NCBI GenBank assembly: GCA_965178125.1 | Contig: OZ237759.1 | Span: forward strand, 62,001 to 126,000 | Reading direction: 5' to 3' | Length of the DNA: 64,000 bases | Source of the DNA: Bilabrum cf. latius | Taxonomy: Eukaryota | In this document: piece after piece, positions 25,299 through 36,094 of the stretch | Numbering within the stretch: the stretch's first letter is position 1 | Layout of the letters: every line of letters begins with the position of its first letter | Position numbers and translations under genes: made by a program | Notes under the pieces: model-generated | What the model was told of the DNA's origin: nothing | Database searches by the model: none | The model's input: only the letters and a program-made list of their open reading frames with translations

Positions 25299-27674
25299 AT
25301 GGATAATGATGCAAAGACTTCATCATCTCATGGCCGCTCACGCATGTACCAGCTTAGCCATCTCCGTCCAATTTGTGCCAAAGTGTGCTGTCTGCTTGGC
25401 TTTAATGATGTGTGGAGAATGCGGAGTACAACGTCTGAAAACATCGTTCTACTATCTATGGCATCCTAGGGTATGCATGGGCTACAAGATGTTTCAATTT
25501 GCTCTCCAACAGCGAACAAAGTTGTGAAGCAAGTAGCAGTTTCGGGCTCACCTCGCATTCTCGCAGATGTGGCGGATCATGCGCCGAACATCCAGCAAAT
25601 TCGAATACTAGATGGATCATGGAAGGGGACCTAGTTGGGAGATGTACTGGAGTGGTGCGCTTCTAGCTCTTGGAGCAAGCAGCTGACCTATTTTGAGGTC
25701 ATTTCCCAAAAACTTGCTGAGGCAGCCTGGCACACATTCCTGGCAGCAGCTCCAGGCCTCACCGATCTGGACATCCGGGGTTGTAAGGGCGGTGCAATTA
25801 GTGGGCGCGCCAGCGCTGATTACGTCGCTGCTGCAGCAGCCCTTCAATCCCGGGGCCTGCGGTCCCTCGACGCCCTCGCAGCTTCCTTGTCCTACCAACG
25901 CATGCTGCCGCTTGTGGGAGCCACCTATGGGGAAAAATCCAGTGCAAGGGCTGATTCAGGTGCCAGTGTCACATCAACAGAGATGCGAGAGTAGCACAGT
26001 GCATTAGATGCTCTGGTGCAGACCAACGAGGAGTGGTTCCAGCAGCTGATTTGCTGCACGCACGAGTTAGACACTAGTGCTCATTCTGCGGCGAGCGGTG
26101 GACATCATTTCAGTAGCAGTGGCACGTCTGTAGTAGCGTTGCACAGCAACCATGCGGCATCGACCCCGGTCCAGACGCTTTAGCAGTCTTTGGCGAAGGT
26201 ACGCCACCTGTGCACTGCCCTCTCAGGCACGTGCCTCCATGCAAGCAGCCCTGCTGCAGCAGATGCGGGTGCGCCTCATTGTCCTGTCTCTGCCAGCAGC
26301 TCCAGCGCCAGCTCCAGCGCCAGCTCCAGCGCCAGCTCCAGCGCCAGCTCCAGCGCCAGCTCCAGCGCCAGCTCCAGCGCCAGCTCCAGCGCCAGCATTT
26401 GCACAAGCACCAGCTCTAGCATTAGCACCAGCTCTAGCATTAGCACCAGCAGGCTAGAGGTGCTCCGGATTGACGCTCACCCAGACTGGCCCGATGTGCC
26501 TCGTGCTCTGCTGGGAGCCATCGTGAGGTCCAGTCGACTCAGGGAACTGGTGCTGGTGGGCGCCCCGCCTGGAGTTGTGGCTGGCCTTGGAGCCGTGCTG
26601 CCTGATCGCCTTCAGCACCTGGAGCTGGTGTAGTGCAAGTGTAACCAGCAGTCTTTCGTTTCGATGGAATCTGCAGCTCTGGCATTTGCCTGCGACTGGT
26701 GGACAGGGGCCTCCAGAGGTGCCGGTGCTGGTGCTGGTGCTGGTGCTGGTGCCGGTGCTGGAGCTGGAGCTGGAGCTGGTGCTGGTGCCGGTGCTGGAGC
26801 TGGAGCTGGAGCTGGTGCTGGTGCCGGTGCTGGAGCTGGAGCTGGAGCTGGAGCTGGTGCCGGTGCCGGTGCTGGAGCTGGTGCAAGCCATGGATAGCCA
26901 CGCAGTTTGGCGAGGCTCACGCATGTCAATCTATCGCAGTCAACCGCTGTGGGATGCCTGGCGATGGCTGTGCCATCTGCCCGGTTGATCTGTTTGGCTG
27001 GTACTAGCTGCTTCAGAGGCACTGCGGAAGCGGGCGCGCGCGGGGTGATGGACAGACGGTGCACAGACATAGTGACCGCCATGTCCATCCAGAGCGCGTG
27101 CGCCACACTCACCCACCTTGATCTGACTGGCCTTGCAATTTCCGCCCGTGCGCTGTGGTGGCTGCTGCGCGGTGGTGACACAGCTAGGCCGCTGTCCATT
27201 CGTGACAGGCAGACAGACAGCGCGTTGTCGCCGAGTGCTTCGTCGTGTGCATTGTCAGCAGCATCGTCACAGCGCCACCTCGCATCTGGCAGTGACGCCC
27301 TCAATCAGCTGGAGCAGCTCCGACTGGAAGGGTGCCGAGGTGTGCCACGGAATTGGCGCCGGGCTGCCCGGGAGTGTCCTCGCAGGCTCGTGGATGCCTG
27401 TGTGCGAGCGACAGGGCCTGCCAGTGTGGAGCAGGAGCTGATGGGTGCCCAGGTGCAGGCGCAGATGGGCGCTCAGGATCAAAGCGGACTGGGTCGTCGC
27501 GGTGCTTCGCTACGGGTGCCAGCACGGGCAGGACAGAAACGATCTGCTGAATGCTTGCAGTATCGTGCATCTACTGGCGGCCCTGAGTCTAGCAGCAGCA
27601 CCAGCGCTGCTGCTGGTGTCGTCCATCCCAAGAAGAAGCTAAGGCTAGATGGTGACCCGACTGATGAGCCATAA
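25299..27674 (+). CDS. Leucine-rich-repeat (F-box/LRR-like) protein, ~791 aa
   Basis: LRR-like segments LTDLDIRGC, LEVLRID, LRELVLVG, LTHVNLSQS, LTHLDLTGL, LEQLRLEGC. Five track ORFs in one frame are joined by six TAGs (25467, 25632, 25992, ~26181, 26631, 26895). Ends TAA. The F-box is only weakly suggested. Confidence 0.7.
26297..26396 (+). repeat. 12-bp tandem repeat (CCAGCTCCAGCG)n, about 8 copies, encoding (SSSA)n
   Basis: Directly visible, and in frame within the LRR gene. Confidence 0.9.
26718..26885 (+). repeat. Hexamer repeat (GGTGCT/GGAGCT/GGTGCC)n encoding (Gly-Ala)n
   Basis: Directly visible, and in frame within the LRR gene. Confidence 0.9.
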
Positions 27675-27818
27675 TTGTGGCAAAATACGCCGTTGCGCCG
27701 GTTCTATTGGTCAGTTAAATCGATGAATCTACGGCAGGCCCAAATGTGTGTTTGTAACGTGATGATACGATTTTTATCAGCGATGCAATTGTTTTGCTCA
27801 GTCGTCAAAGGATACATC

Positions 27819-28892
27819 ATGGAGACAATCCTGGGTGTTGTAGGCAAGGAGTGAGTTGTAAATTGTCAGATGTAGTCTATGAGCACGCTGTTTTTGAATT
27901 TGTAATCTTCCCTCGTGGTGATGACCAGTCCGCACGGTCTTGGTCGCTCTGCAGTCTTGCCTGTAGTATCGAGCTCCGACTCGGCAGCCGCCCCAATACG
28001 TAGCATGTCCGAAAATGCATTTATCGATTGTTTCGCTTCATGTCGCAGTTTCGTCATGGTCTTGGCAGACAAGTCGGCAGCAAGGTCGATCCTGGCGTTC
28101 AAGCACGATGAAGACAAGGTGCGTTGTAGATCTTGCAGCTGTCGCCTACGTGCGCTTGCTATGCACAAGTATGTACTTCTATTCTTTGTGGCTTGCCTCA
28201 TATCGTAGATCTCGAAACTGGACGAGCACAAGGTGGTAGCAGCCTGTGGCGAAACTGCGGACAGAACGGCATTTACTGAGTATGTGCAGAGAAACATGGC
28301 GTTGGATGAGTTTAGAACAGGATTGCGAAGGACCACAGATGCTACCGCTCATTTCATTCGCGGTGAGTTGGCAACAGCTTTGCGGAAATCGCCATACTAG
28401 GTTAGCTTGCTGCTGGCTGGCTTCGATGACATCAGCGGGGGGAAGGCTGGCGCGGAGAAAACTGAAGCCGAGGCGGTCGGCAAAGAGTCGAAGGGGAAAG
28501 CATCGGCCACGGAGGCCTCCACGTCCGGCGTGGGGCCGTCCCTGTACTGGATGGATTACTTGGGTACCATGCAGCGCGTGAATTACGGGGCTCACGGCTA
28601 CGCTGCGTTCTTCAGCACATCCACGATGGACAGGTACTGGAAGCCTGGCATGACGGAAGAGGAAGCAAAAGACTTGCTGGCCACCTGCGTGGCACAGTTG
28701 AAGACCAGGTTCATCATCCACCAGCCCAACTTCACGGTGCGCGTAGTGAGCGCGTCGGGGGTCAAGGACGTCGAGCTGCCCACCAAGGTGCTGCCTGACC
28801 TGTCGGCCGCACCCAAGGCGGCAGCTGCAGGCGCAGGCGCAGCTGCAGTGGTTGGAGGGGGCAGCGCGGGGGCGGCTGCCATGGAGACGTGA
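27819..28892 (+). CDS. PSMB2: Proteasome subunit beta type-2 (beta4/Pre1)
   Basis: METILGVVGKD|FVMVLADKSAARSILAFKHDEDK|ISKLD..., FIRGELATALRKSPY(TAG)VSLLLAGFD, PSLYWMDYLGT, YGAHGY. Introns 27851..28048 and 28119..28208. TAG at 28398. Ends TGA. Confidence 0.93.
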
Positions 28893-29052
28893 GCTGGGTG
28901 GCATCCAGGACACGGCGTTGGTCGAGGAGGCGGCCTACCTTCAATGAGCTGCATCTGGTTGCGTGCTGCTTCTGAAGACTACGTGCAATCCAATCAGACG
29001 GCCAGTTTTTATGTCAAAGACTTCACGCAGCAGCGGCGTCGATCACACAGGA

Positions 29053-30247
29053 TCACCGGAACTTGATGCTGCCCACCCCGGTCAGCGAGCTCTTGAGCGA
29101 GCTCGAGTCTGCCCACTTGCTGCTCATGAACCCGTCCTCATCGTCCTCCGCCAGCCCCTTGAGCTCCTCCTGCCGCTTGAAGTAATGCGCCATCATCGCG
29201 CGCCGCTCAGCCTCACTCACCCCGGGCTCGCGCGCCGGCGGCCCGCCGCCCTTGCCCTGCAACCGGGCCACAATCTTCGTCTTCTCGTTGCGCCCGGTGC
29301 GGTCCCCCACGTTCTAGTCTCTCCTGAACTCCTTGCCCGCCCACCACAGGGTTGCGCTCTCTGGATCCAGGTACTCGGGGCCCATTTCCTCGTGCAGCTT
29401 GTCCGCCCGCTTCTCAGCCGCCTCGAGCATACCCCGGATGGGGTCGTGCTCGGGCAGGCCGGCTGGGAAGGCCATGGTGACGGCGCCGCCCATCAGCCGC
29501 ACGTGCTCCTCGAGCGCCTCGGGACTGAGAGCTTCCTTGCGGTCCACTGCACGCTTGCTCACCGCTTCTCTCGCGTCGGTCGCGACCTTTTCCAGCACCA
29601 CCTGCAGCCGGGGCTCTGGGGCGGCGCCCGTGCGCTGCTCCAAGGGATCCGGGTTGAAATGGGCCGGTCGTGCGACAGAGTCCTCGGAGCTGCCGCCGTC
29701 AGCAGCTCCGCCCGTTGCCGCCCCCGGGTCAGCCGCCTTCTCACCAGACGCGATGGCGCGGGTGTCGGCCTCTACCTTTTTCGATAGCGCCACCGTTTTC
29801 TGCAGTGAAGAGACGAGAACGGACCCAGCAAATGCATCAGCTTGATAGATGCCGGCATTCCGAGCCGTATCGGAAATCTAGTGACATACTGACGAGCAAG
29901 TCGGCTCGCTAAGGGATCGACCAGTTTCCATTTAGGCCTTTTCGCTTACCTCGTCCAGGCCGCGCTCGTCCTCCGGTTTCGACGGTCCATGCTTCGACAG
30001 CTGGTCCAGGGCATCGGCTAGCCGAGTTACCAACAGTCTTAAATTCCATGTACGAACCTACAATTAGAGATTTTGACCAGTGCGTCGGCCCTAAGGGTAA
30101 GGAGTGAAGCACTTCGGCGACACAGCTCAAACGCGTGGCAGTTGCAGTTCTCACAAGTCGTCGAATCAGCTCATCATTGGACATTTTTGTAGTGGTCTCG
30201 AACAGAAACTAATCATGATCGGTTTTCTTAAGGTGAATTACGACCAT
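29053..30247 (-). CDS. CFAP298: Cilia- and flagella-associated protein 298 (C21orf59/FBB18)
   Basis: MVVIHLKKTDHD(TAG)FLF, GAVTMAFPAGLPEHDPIR, LWWAGKE, GRNEKTKIVARLQGKGGGPPAREP, MMAHYFKRQEELK. Introns 30058..30154 and 29800..29949. TAG at 30209 and 29314. Ends TGA. Confidence 0.9.
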
Positions 30248-30360
30248 ACTTCTGGAATATGGAGAGTAAAGGTAAAATGAATTGGGCCGCAGTCTTCGAT
30301 TCGGAGCCGCTCAAACGGAAAGGAGCCAAGGACGACAGAAATCGCTAGATATCAACCGCA

Positions 30361-31017
30361 ATGGCCGCAAGCGACAAATCTGACATTGGCTTGATTGCCA
30401 ATCCAAAGGCTGGGGTGGTTGTTCTTGCTTGTGATCTGTAGAACGACATCGTTGCCAGATCTTGTGCGGATGATGAGCAACGTACTGCATGCACAGCTGC
30501 AGCATGCGCTGTGTTGGAATCTGCCAGGGCTGCAAAAGTGCCCATCGGACATGTCGTCGTTCGATTCCGCTCGGGATATCCAGAGATTCCACCCGCTGAT
30601 GAGAGCGGACATGGCATCGGCGAGCACAAGCTCTTCTCGAGCATTCGCAAGGGGGGCATCCTAGTGGAGGGATCTGAGGGAGCGGCGCAAGTTGACGAGT
30701 GTGCTGCCAAAGACGGAGAGCCTGTGTTTGTGAAGCGACGAGTCGGGGCCGTCGAGTCGACTGACCTGCTCCGCTGGCTCCGCTCCACGGGTGCCTGGTG
30801 CGTCGTGCTGCTGGGGCACTCCACGTCCGGGGTGGTGCTGTCCACGTACACAGCACTGGCTGATTTGGACTTCAGGGTGATTGTGGTCAAGGATGCTTGC
30901 TCAGATGCCAACGAGGCTCGGCACGATGCTCTGTGCGACATGGTCTTTCCAATGCAGGGCCACGTGACGGACAGCGGTGCAGTAGTGGGTTAGCTCAAGG
31001 GCAGGGGTGCCACGTGA
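30361..31017 (+). CDS. Isochorismatase-family hydrolase, intronless
   Basis: VVLACDL(TAG)NDIV (family motif DxQND), VFVKRRVGA, LLGHSTSGVVLST, DLDFRVIVVKDACSD. TAG at 30439 and 30991. Ends TGA at 31015-31017, within the second copy of a tandem repeat. Confidence 0.85.
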
Positions 31018-31168
31018 CGGACAGCGGTGCAGTAGTGGGTTAGCTCAAGGGCAGGGGTGCCACGTGACGGACAGCGGTGCAGTGGTGGGTTAGCTCAAGG
31101 GCAGGGGTGCCACGTGACGGACAGCGGTGCGGTGGTGGGTTAGCTCAAGGGCAGGGGTGCCACGTGAC
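30961..31168 (+). repeat. 50-bp minisatellite, 4 copies plus partial, spanning the 3' end of the isochorismatase gene
   Basis: Unit CACGTGACGGACAGCGGTGCAGTAGTGGGTTAGCTCAAGGGCAGGGGTGC starts at 30961, 31011, 31061 and 31111, with A>G changes in copies 3 and 4. Confidence 0.95.
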
Positions 31169-31225
31169 TCTTGTTGCATCCTGTGTCAATCAAGGCTGTG
31201 CATGTTGGTACCAGCTCAATTTGTT

Positions 31226-31960
31226 TCACGAATCGCCTCCTAGTCCAGGGGGCGTCTCCGTCACTACCTTGTACACGGTGCCCCCCGCCCCTTGCTCATC
31301 TCCGGGGTCCTGCAGGAAGGTCTCGAGTGCCATGCGGGTCGTTGGGAAGGCCAGGTCCTCCCAGGGCAGCTGCGATACAGGGAACAGCTTGGCCTCGTCC
31401 GTCTCGTGGGCCGCATCGAAACGGGGGTCCATGTCGGGACCGACTGGTCCCGCCGCTCGCAAGGACGCCTCCCCAGCAGGCTCCTCGAACCGCGCACGGA
31501 ACCAGGCCATCGTCTGGGCAATGCGAGGCACGTCCAGCAGTGCCAGCAGGCTAGTTGCTTTGACTTTGCACGCAGCTTCCTCGAGTGCTTCTCGCTCCGC
31601 ACCGCCCAACAAGGACTCATGGGCCTCCACAAATCCGCCAGGGATCGTCCAATACCCTCTGCGGGGTTCTATCCCTCGTCTCACCAGGAGGATCCGCGGC
31701 TCTCCAAAAGCGTTATTATCTGACACTACAACGCCAGCAACTGGCGTGGGGTTGTGGTATCGAATAAAACCGCATTGCTTGCAGGCTTTTCTTTCCTTAT
31801 CATCTCCTGGAGGCACGTATGCGTGCACCGGTCCACCGCCCCGGTACGCAGGAATACCAGCTGTGGCGCTGCCAGCAAGCGAAGAGCAGTTACGGTATCT
31901 TGCGCCCACAAGACCATTTCTTATAAATCGACGGGATACTCGTCCCACCCCATGCATCAT
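31226..31960 (-). CDS. Nudix hydrolase with N-terminal Zn-ribbon-like segment (NUDT23/ADP-ribose pyrophosphatase-like)
   Basis: CKQCGFIRYHNPTPVAG, ILLVRRGIEPRRGYWTIPGGFVEAHESLLGGAEREALEEA (Nudix box), LPWEDLAFPT. Presequence-like N-terminus from ATG 31960 (the track ORF extends to 32032). Ends TGA. Confidence 0.85.
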   Translation of the reverse strand: MMHGVGRVSRRFIRNGLVGARYRNCSSLAGSATAGIPAYRGGGPVHAYVPPGDDKERKACKQCGFIRYHNPTPVAGVVVSDNNAFGEPRILLVRRGIEPRRGYWTIPGGFVEAHESLLGGAEREALEEAACKVKATSLLALLDVPRIAQTMAWFRARFEEPAGEASLRAAGPVGPDMDPRFDAAHETDEAKLFPVSQLPWEDLAFPTTRMALETFLQDPGDEQGAGGTVYKVVTETPPGLGGDS

Positions 31961-32118
31961 TATTGGCTGACTATGCGATTCTAGCGGGTGTAGTCTTTGG
32001 GCGTGTGATGACGATGCAATTGCTTGCTGCATGTTTAGCGTGTGTGATTACTTGACAGCTGCAGATGTGCTCAACAGCGAGCGTATTGGCTGCCTTATCT
32101 TGATAAAGTCGGTATAGC

Positions 32119-33248
32119 ATGACTGAGCGTTGGGAGGAGCAAGCATGGGCTGTCAAGGTGTCCGAAGGTGAACGATTTGAACTATCTGCAGCAAGAATAC
32201 CATGCTACAGCGGTTGCAGAACCCACTAAACATCCTGCTACAACGTTGTGTCATATATTTGCAGATCCGAGGCTGTTCGAATCGCTAGGCCCCGTGGAGC
32301 AGCTTCGCGTGCACGTGGTATTGACAAAGGTGAGGGGGTCTGCGTGCCGAGCCCTTTTATTAGACGCTCACTTTGAGGCCCGAAACTAATTTGAACATGT
32401 TTGTAATTCTTGTTCACATGTGCTGCATGCAGATCATAGACCCGCACTGTGGAAACAGCCAAATTGTGCGGTGGGCAGAAGATGCCCTGCAGTCCGAGGA
32501 CGCCGAGCCGGCCGAAGGCACATTGGCCGGAAAGAAGCGCAAGCGCGGCGACGTTCCGAGGCAGCGAGGAGAATCAACGGGTAGCGCGAGCTTGTAGCCG
32601 CCTAATCGCTTCTTGCAGCCGACCCCGCGGGCCACGCTCGCCAGGGGCCGGCCCACCCCCGGCTCCTTCGTGCCCATCCTGCCCTCCATGGGCCCCCCTT
32701 CACACGCGGGCCTGGCGGGGACAACAGACCTGAGCGGTGCCTCCGCGGCGGCTGCAGGCTTCGGGTTCCCGCAGTAGGAGCCGCTCCTGGGCCCTGGTCT
32801 GGGGGGTCACCCCCCGGTTGGGGTCAATCCGCTGCAGTACAGCCGCATCCTCAAGCGGAGGCAGCAGAGGCTGCAGTGGGGAGATCTACAGATGAGGGGA
32901 GCCCCGCGACAGGGAACAAGCAGCTATCTGAGCGCTCGTGGCCGGTCTGGCGCTCCATCGGGTGCCCATTCCGAGGGTAAGCCTGAGGGGGTGGCACAGG
33001 AGGGTAAGCCTGAGGGGGTGGCACAGGAGGCCGGTGCGGGTGGGAGCACCAGCCCATCTGGCCAGGCCGGTGCGGATGCCAGGCCTGCAGGTCTACTTAG
33101 TCGGGATCCGGGATCGCCCACCACGGGGCATGCCGCATATCTGAGCTCATCTAGTAAGCCACTACTTGCGGCTGTAGGCCAGGTCGCCTAGGGGCCCCCA
33201 AAAGACGCACGGCTCATCGAGGTGGAGGAGTCATCGGACTCGGATTGA
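32119..33248 (+). CDS. Hypothetical protein with an NF-YA/HAP2-like helix
   Basis: Hand-built model with introns 32168..32264 and 32330..32432. Contains KKRKR and VNPLQYSRILKRRQQR. TAG at 32595, 32774, 33189. Ends TGA at 33246-33248. Confidence 0.55.
32973..33026 (+). repeat. 27-bp tandem duplication (EGKPEGVAQ x2)
   Basis: GAGGGTAAGCCTGAGGGGGTGGCACAG occurs twice in tandem. Confidence 0.9.
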
Positions 33249-33876
33249 CCGTGTCGATGGTGGGGGATCCGAGATTGACTACAAGGCAGTGACAAAACGC
33301 TTTGCCACTATTCGGCGACATAGAATATAAATGTACAGCCATTAATGACCGAATGCATCTACTGCCGGGTCGCAAATCTATACTGTGTCCAAGGAACAGC
33401 TCGACTTGGGCTGCCTTGGAGTCTCATCTGACCCAATTCAAGTTAGGCCAAATATACTGAAACTTTTAATCGTGTATACGATCTCGTGAATCCACAAATA
33501 TGTCCCCGTCATGCTTGGGGTTATGCTCGCCGATGCGATCTTCCTACGCTTGTCGAGCCTACCGGCCAGCCCCAACCATGATAGAACTGGACGCAATGCT
33601 ACCGCTGCTTGAAACAGGAGGTGTACATTTCTTTGCGGGTGTACGGCTCGCGTCCACTGTAGGAATACCTTCTGTATTTTAGGCGCGAGTGTGTTTATCT
33701 GGTAGTTGCCCTGGATTCAAACATAGTTTCGATTCAAGAAATCGGAAATACAGCCTCAGCCCGCTGGGCCCTCCCCCCGCCAATCTTGTCCTTTTCACTG
33801 CGTATTCAATACACATATGCCTTCTCAGTAAATTTATGCAGGCAATCAATAGTGTACCTCCCTCGTCAGCGGTGTA

Positions 33877-35874
33877 ATGCCTCTCGTTCGAGTACATGGA
33901 ACAGTAGTTGCAGTTGGACGGTCGAAGTCTCTCCTCCAGTACCCGGAGACTTTGGCCAGATCTGTTGAAGAGAAACATGGTGTACATATAGACCCAGCGA
34001 ATCAACGACGCTCTAAGCGCTATTTCATAGGCGCCATACCGCAGTTTGTGACCCGAGCCGACATATTCTCGTGTATTCAAAAGCTAGCTCACGTTGAGGA
34101 CATTTTTTTACCAAAGTCTTGCGGAGAGGAAAGCTCTCCGTCGTACCAAAGTGGTGGATTTGGATTTTTGCGAGCAGACGTCCGGTCTGACTCGGGTATT
34201 GATCCAGTGAATCCTGGTGGCGCGGCAGGGACGTGGCATGAGCTAGCCGTACCCCGACAACACGGTCAAGCTGTTCGAATACACATTAAACAGGCTTCCA
34301 ATCGGAAAAAGCTTGGCCATGGCGTCGATGATGCAGCAGACACCAACCGGGATGTCACGGCCAGCCCCGCAGCAGTTTCGAGCCGGGCTCCATCCCCTGA
34401 GTGTGTGGTATTCCAGGTCACCGTCCACGGGGCGGGCAAGGGCAGGGAGACGGCGCCTAATAGCATACTTCTCACCCTTCCACTGGGCCCTGGTGTGGCG
34501 CAAGGGCTCTGCAATGCTTTGGACACAGCGGGTGTGCCGCCCCAGCGCTCTGCCTCTGCCTCTCTGGTTGAGCTGGACCTGTGGGTGCCCGACTTGGTCT
34601 TAGCCAGAGGAATGGCTCCATCGGCGGCAACAGTAACAAGCCGACGCAGTGACTAGCGGTATGGGGTCTCCTCCCCTCCACCCCCTGCCGCTCTGGGGCT
34701 GGGGGTGTCGACGTATTCCAGCACGGGACCCATCCAAGGCTCTGTACCAGAAGCTGGTGCTGGTGCTGGTGCTGGCGCTGGCGCTGATATTGGTGCTGGT
34801 GCTGGTGCTGGTGCTGGTGCTGGTGCTGGTGCTGGTGCTGGTGCTGGTGCTGGTGCTGGTGCTGGTGCTGGTGCTGGTGCTGGTGCTGGTGCTGATATTG
34901 GTGCTGGTGCTGGTGCTGGTGCTGGTGCTGGTGCTGGTGCTGGTGCTGGTGCTGGTGCTGGTGCTGGTGCTGGTGCTGGTGCTGATATTGGTGCTGGTGC
35001 TGGTGCTGGTGCTGATACTGGTGCTGGTGCTGGTGCCAGCAGTGCTGGCTCCAAGGCACGCCCAGGGGGTGCTGCATAGCAAGAGGGTGCTGCATGGCAA
35101 AGGGATGCTGCATAGCAAGAGGGTGCTGCATAGCAAGGGGGCGCTGATGCTGGACCGCCACACAAGCGACATAGAGTGGACAGGTTTCCATCTGGCGCAG
35201 GCCTGGTGGCAGCAGTTGCAGCCACGTCCGAAAGGAATATGACCAGTACGGCCAGTGGCTCAGATACTCCGATAGCTCGGGGCAGCATGCAGCGGCCGGT
35301 CGCGTTTGGGCACTTGTCGGCGGGCCAGCAGTGGGCTGTGGTCGCTGCTTGCAGAGGTCTGCTTTCGGACGGTCGATCCACCCCTCCCGTGTAGGTAGTA
35401 CAGGCGGCGAGGATGGCCGTAGCATCGGGCACCGCGGGATTGAGCACGCGTGAGGGCAAGGGCCAGGGTAGTGGGGCGGTCGAAGAGGGTGGTGAGACTT
35501 GGCCCCAGCCTCTCGCCGCACTTGGCGCTGTCGGGGCGGGGCTGGGGCTGGGGGCCGCCTCGCCACAGCGGTCTGTTCCCCCGAGCGGGACGAGGACTGC
35601 CGGCGCGACTGCAGGGGTGCACCTCGGCGGTGGGGAGAAGCCAGGCATCGCGGCGGGCGCTGCAGGGGCGACAGGCCCGGGGGGTGCGCGTGTCACACCT
35701 GGTCTAGTTATGCGGGCTGCTCTTGCTAGTGGCAATGAGGCATGGGCAGGGGGTGGTGCGCATCTTGGGATCGGGCGGCTTGCGGATGCCATCGGAGTGC
35801 GAGGCCCAGTCGCGCTCCGGGACCCGCTGCTTGTGGCACTCGATCAAGCACCTGGGTGCAGCGTGCTGCTGTGA
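33877..35874 (+). CDS. Putative RRM-containing protein with long Gly-Ala repeat; 5' end uncertain, may extend toward ~33500-33600
   Basis: RNP2-like YFIGAIP and RNP1-like GGFGFLRA at RRM spacing. ORFs 33877, 34705, 35176 and 35413 are in one frame, joined by TAG 34654, 35077, 35113, 35131, 35392. Ends TGA. Confidence 0.6.
34753..35037 (+). repeat. (GGTGCT)n hexamer array with periodic GATATT interruptions, encoding (GA)n-DI-(GA)n
   Basis: Directly visible, ~285 bp. Confidence 0.95.
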
Positions 35875-36094
35875 GACAAGGACGCAACGTGCTGGGTCTA
35901 GCCATCTTCTGCATTGTGTAAATATGATAGTATAGGCTATAGCGACGGTGATGAATGAGAGTCTGTCTGGCTTGGTCAGGCCCTACATGGATTCCGAAAG
36001 CAAAACAATATCGGATACAGCTACACGCAAGCCAAGCGAACAACCCACCTAGTCACTCAAAATGCCACACACCCCAGATGTTCCCATATCCGGA

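Noticed and set aside
1816-30247. Cluster of pseudogenes with premature stops
   Set aside because: Every interruption is TAG. There are no frameshifts or in-frame TAA/TGA, the genes are essential, and motifs on both sides of each TAG are intact.
2848-30441. UAG as Trp (A-to-I editing), Leu, Tyr, Glu or pyrrolysine
   Set aside because: The most conserved columns (MEQQ, VQxRF, DxQND, SQFL, PYQV) are Gln. No pyl genes or shared downstream element are visible.
30961-31168. CRISPR array
   Set aside because: The units are contiguous with no unique spacers, the context is eukaryotic, and no cas genes are present.
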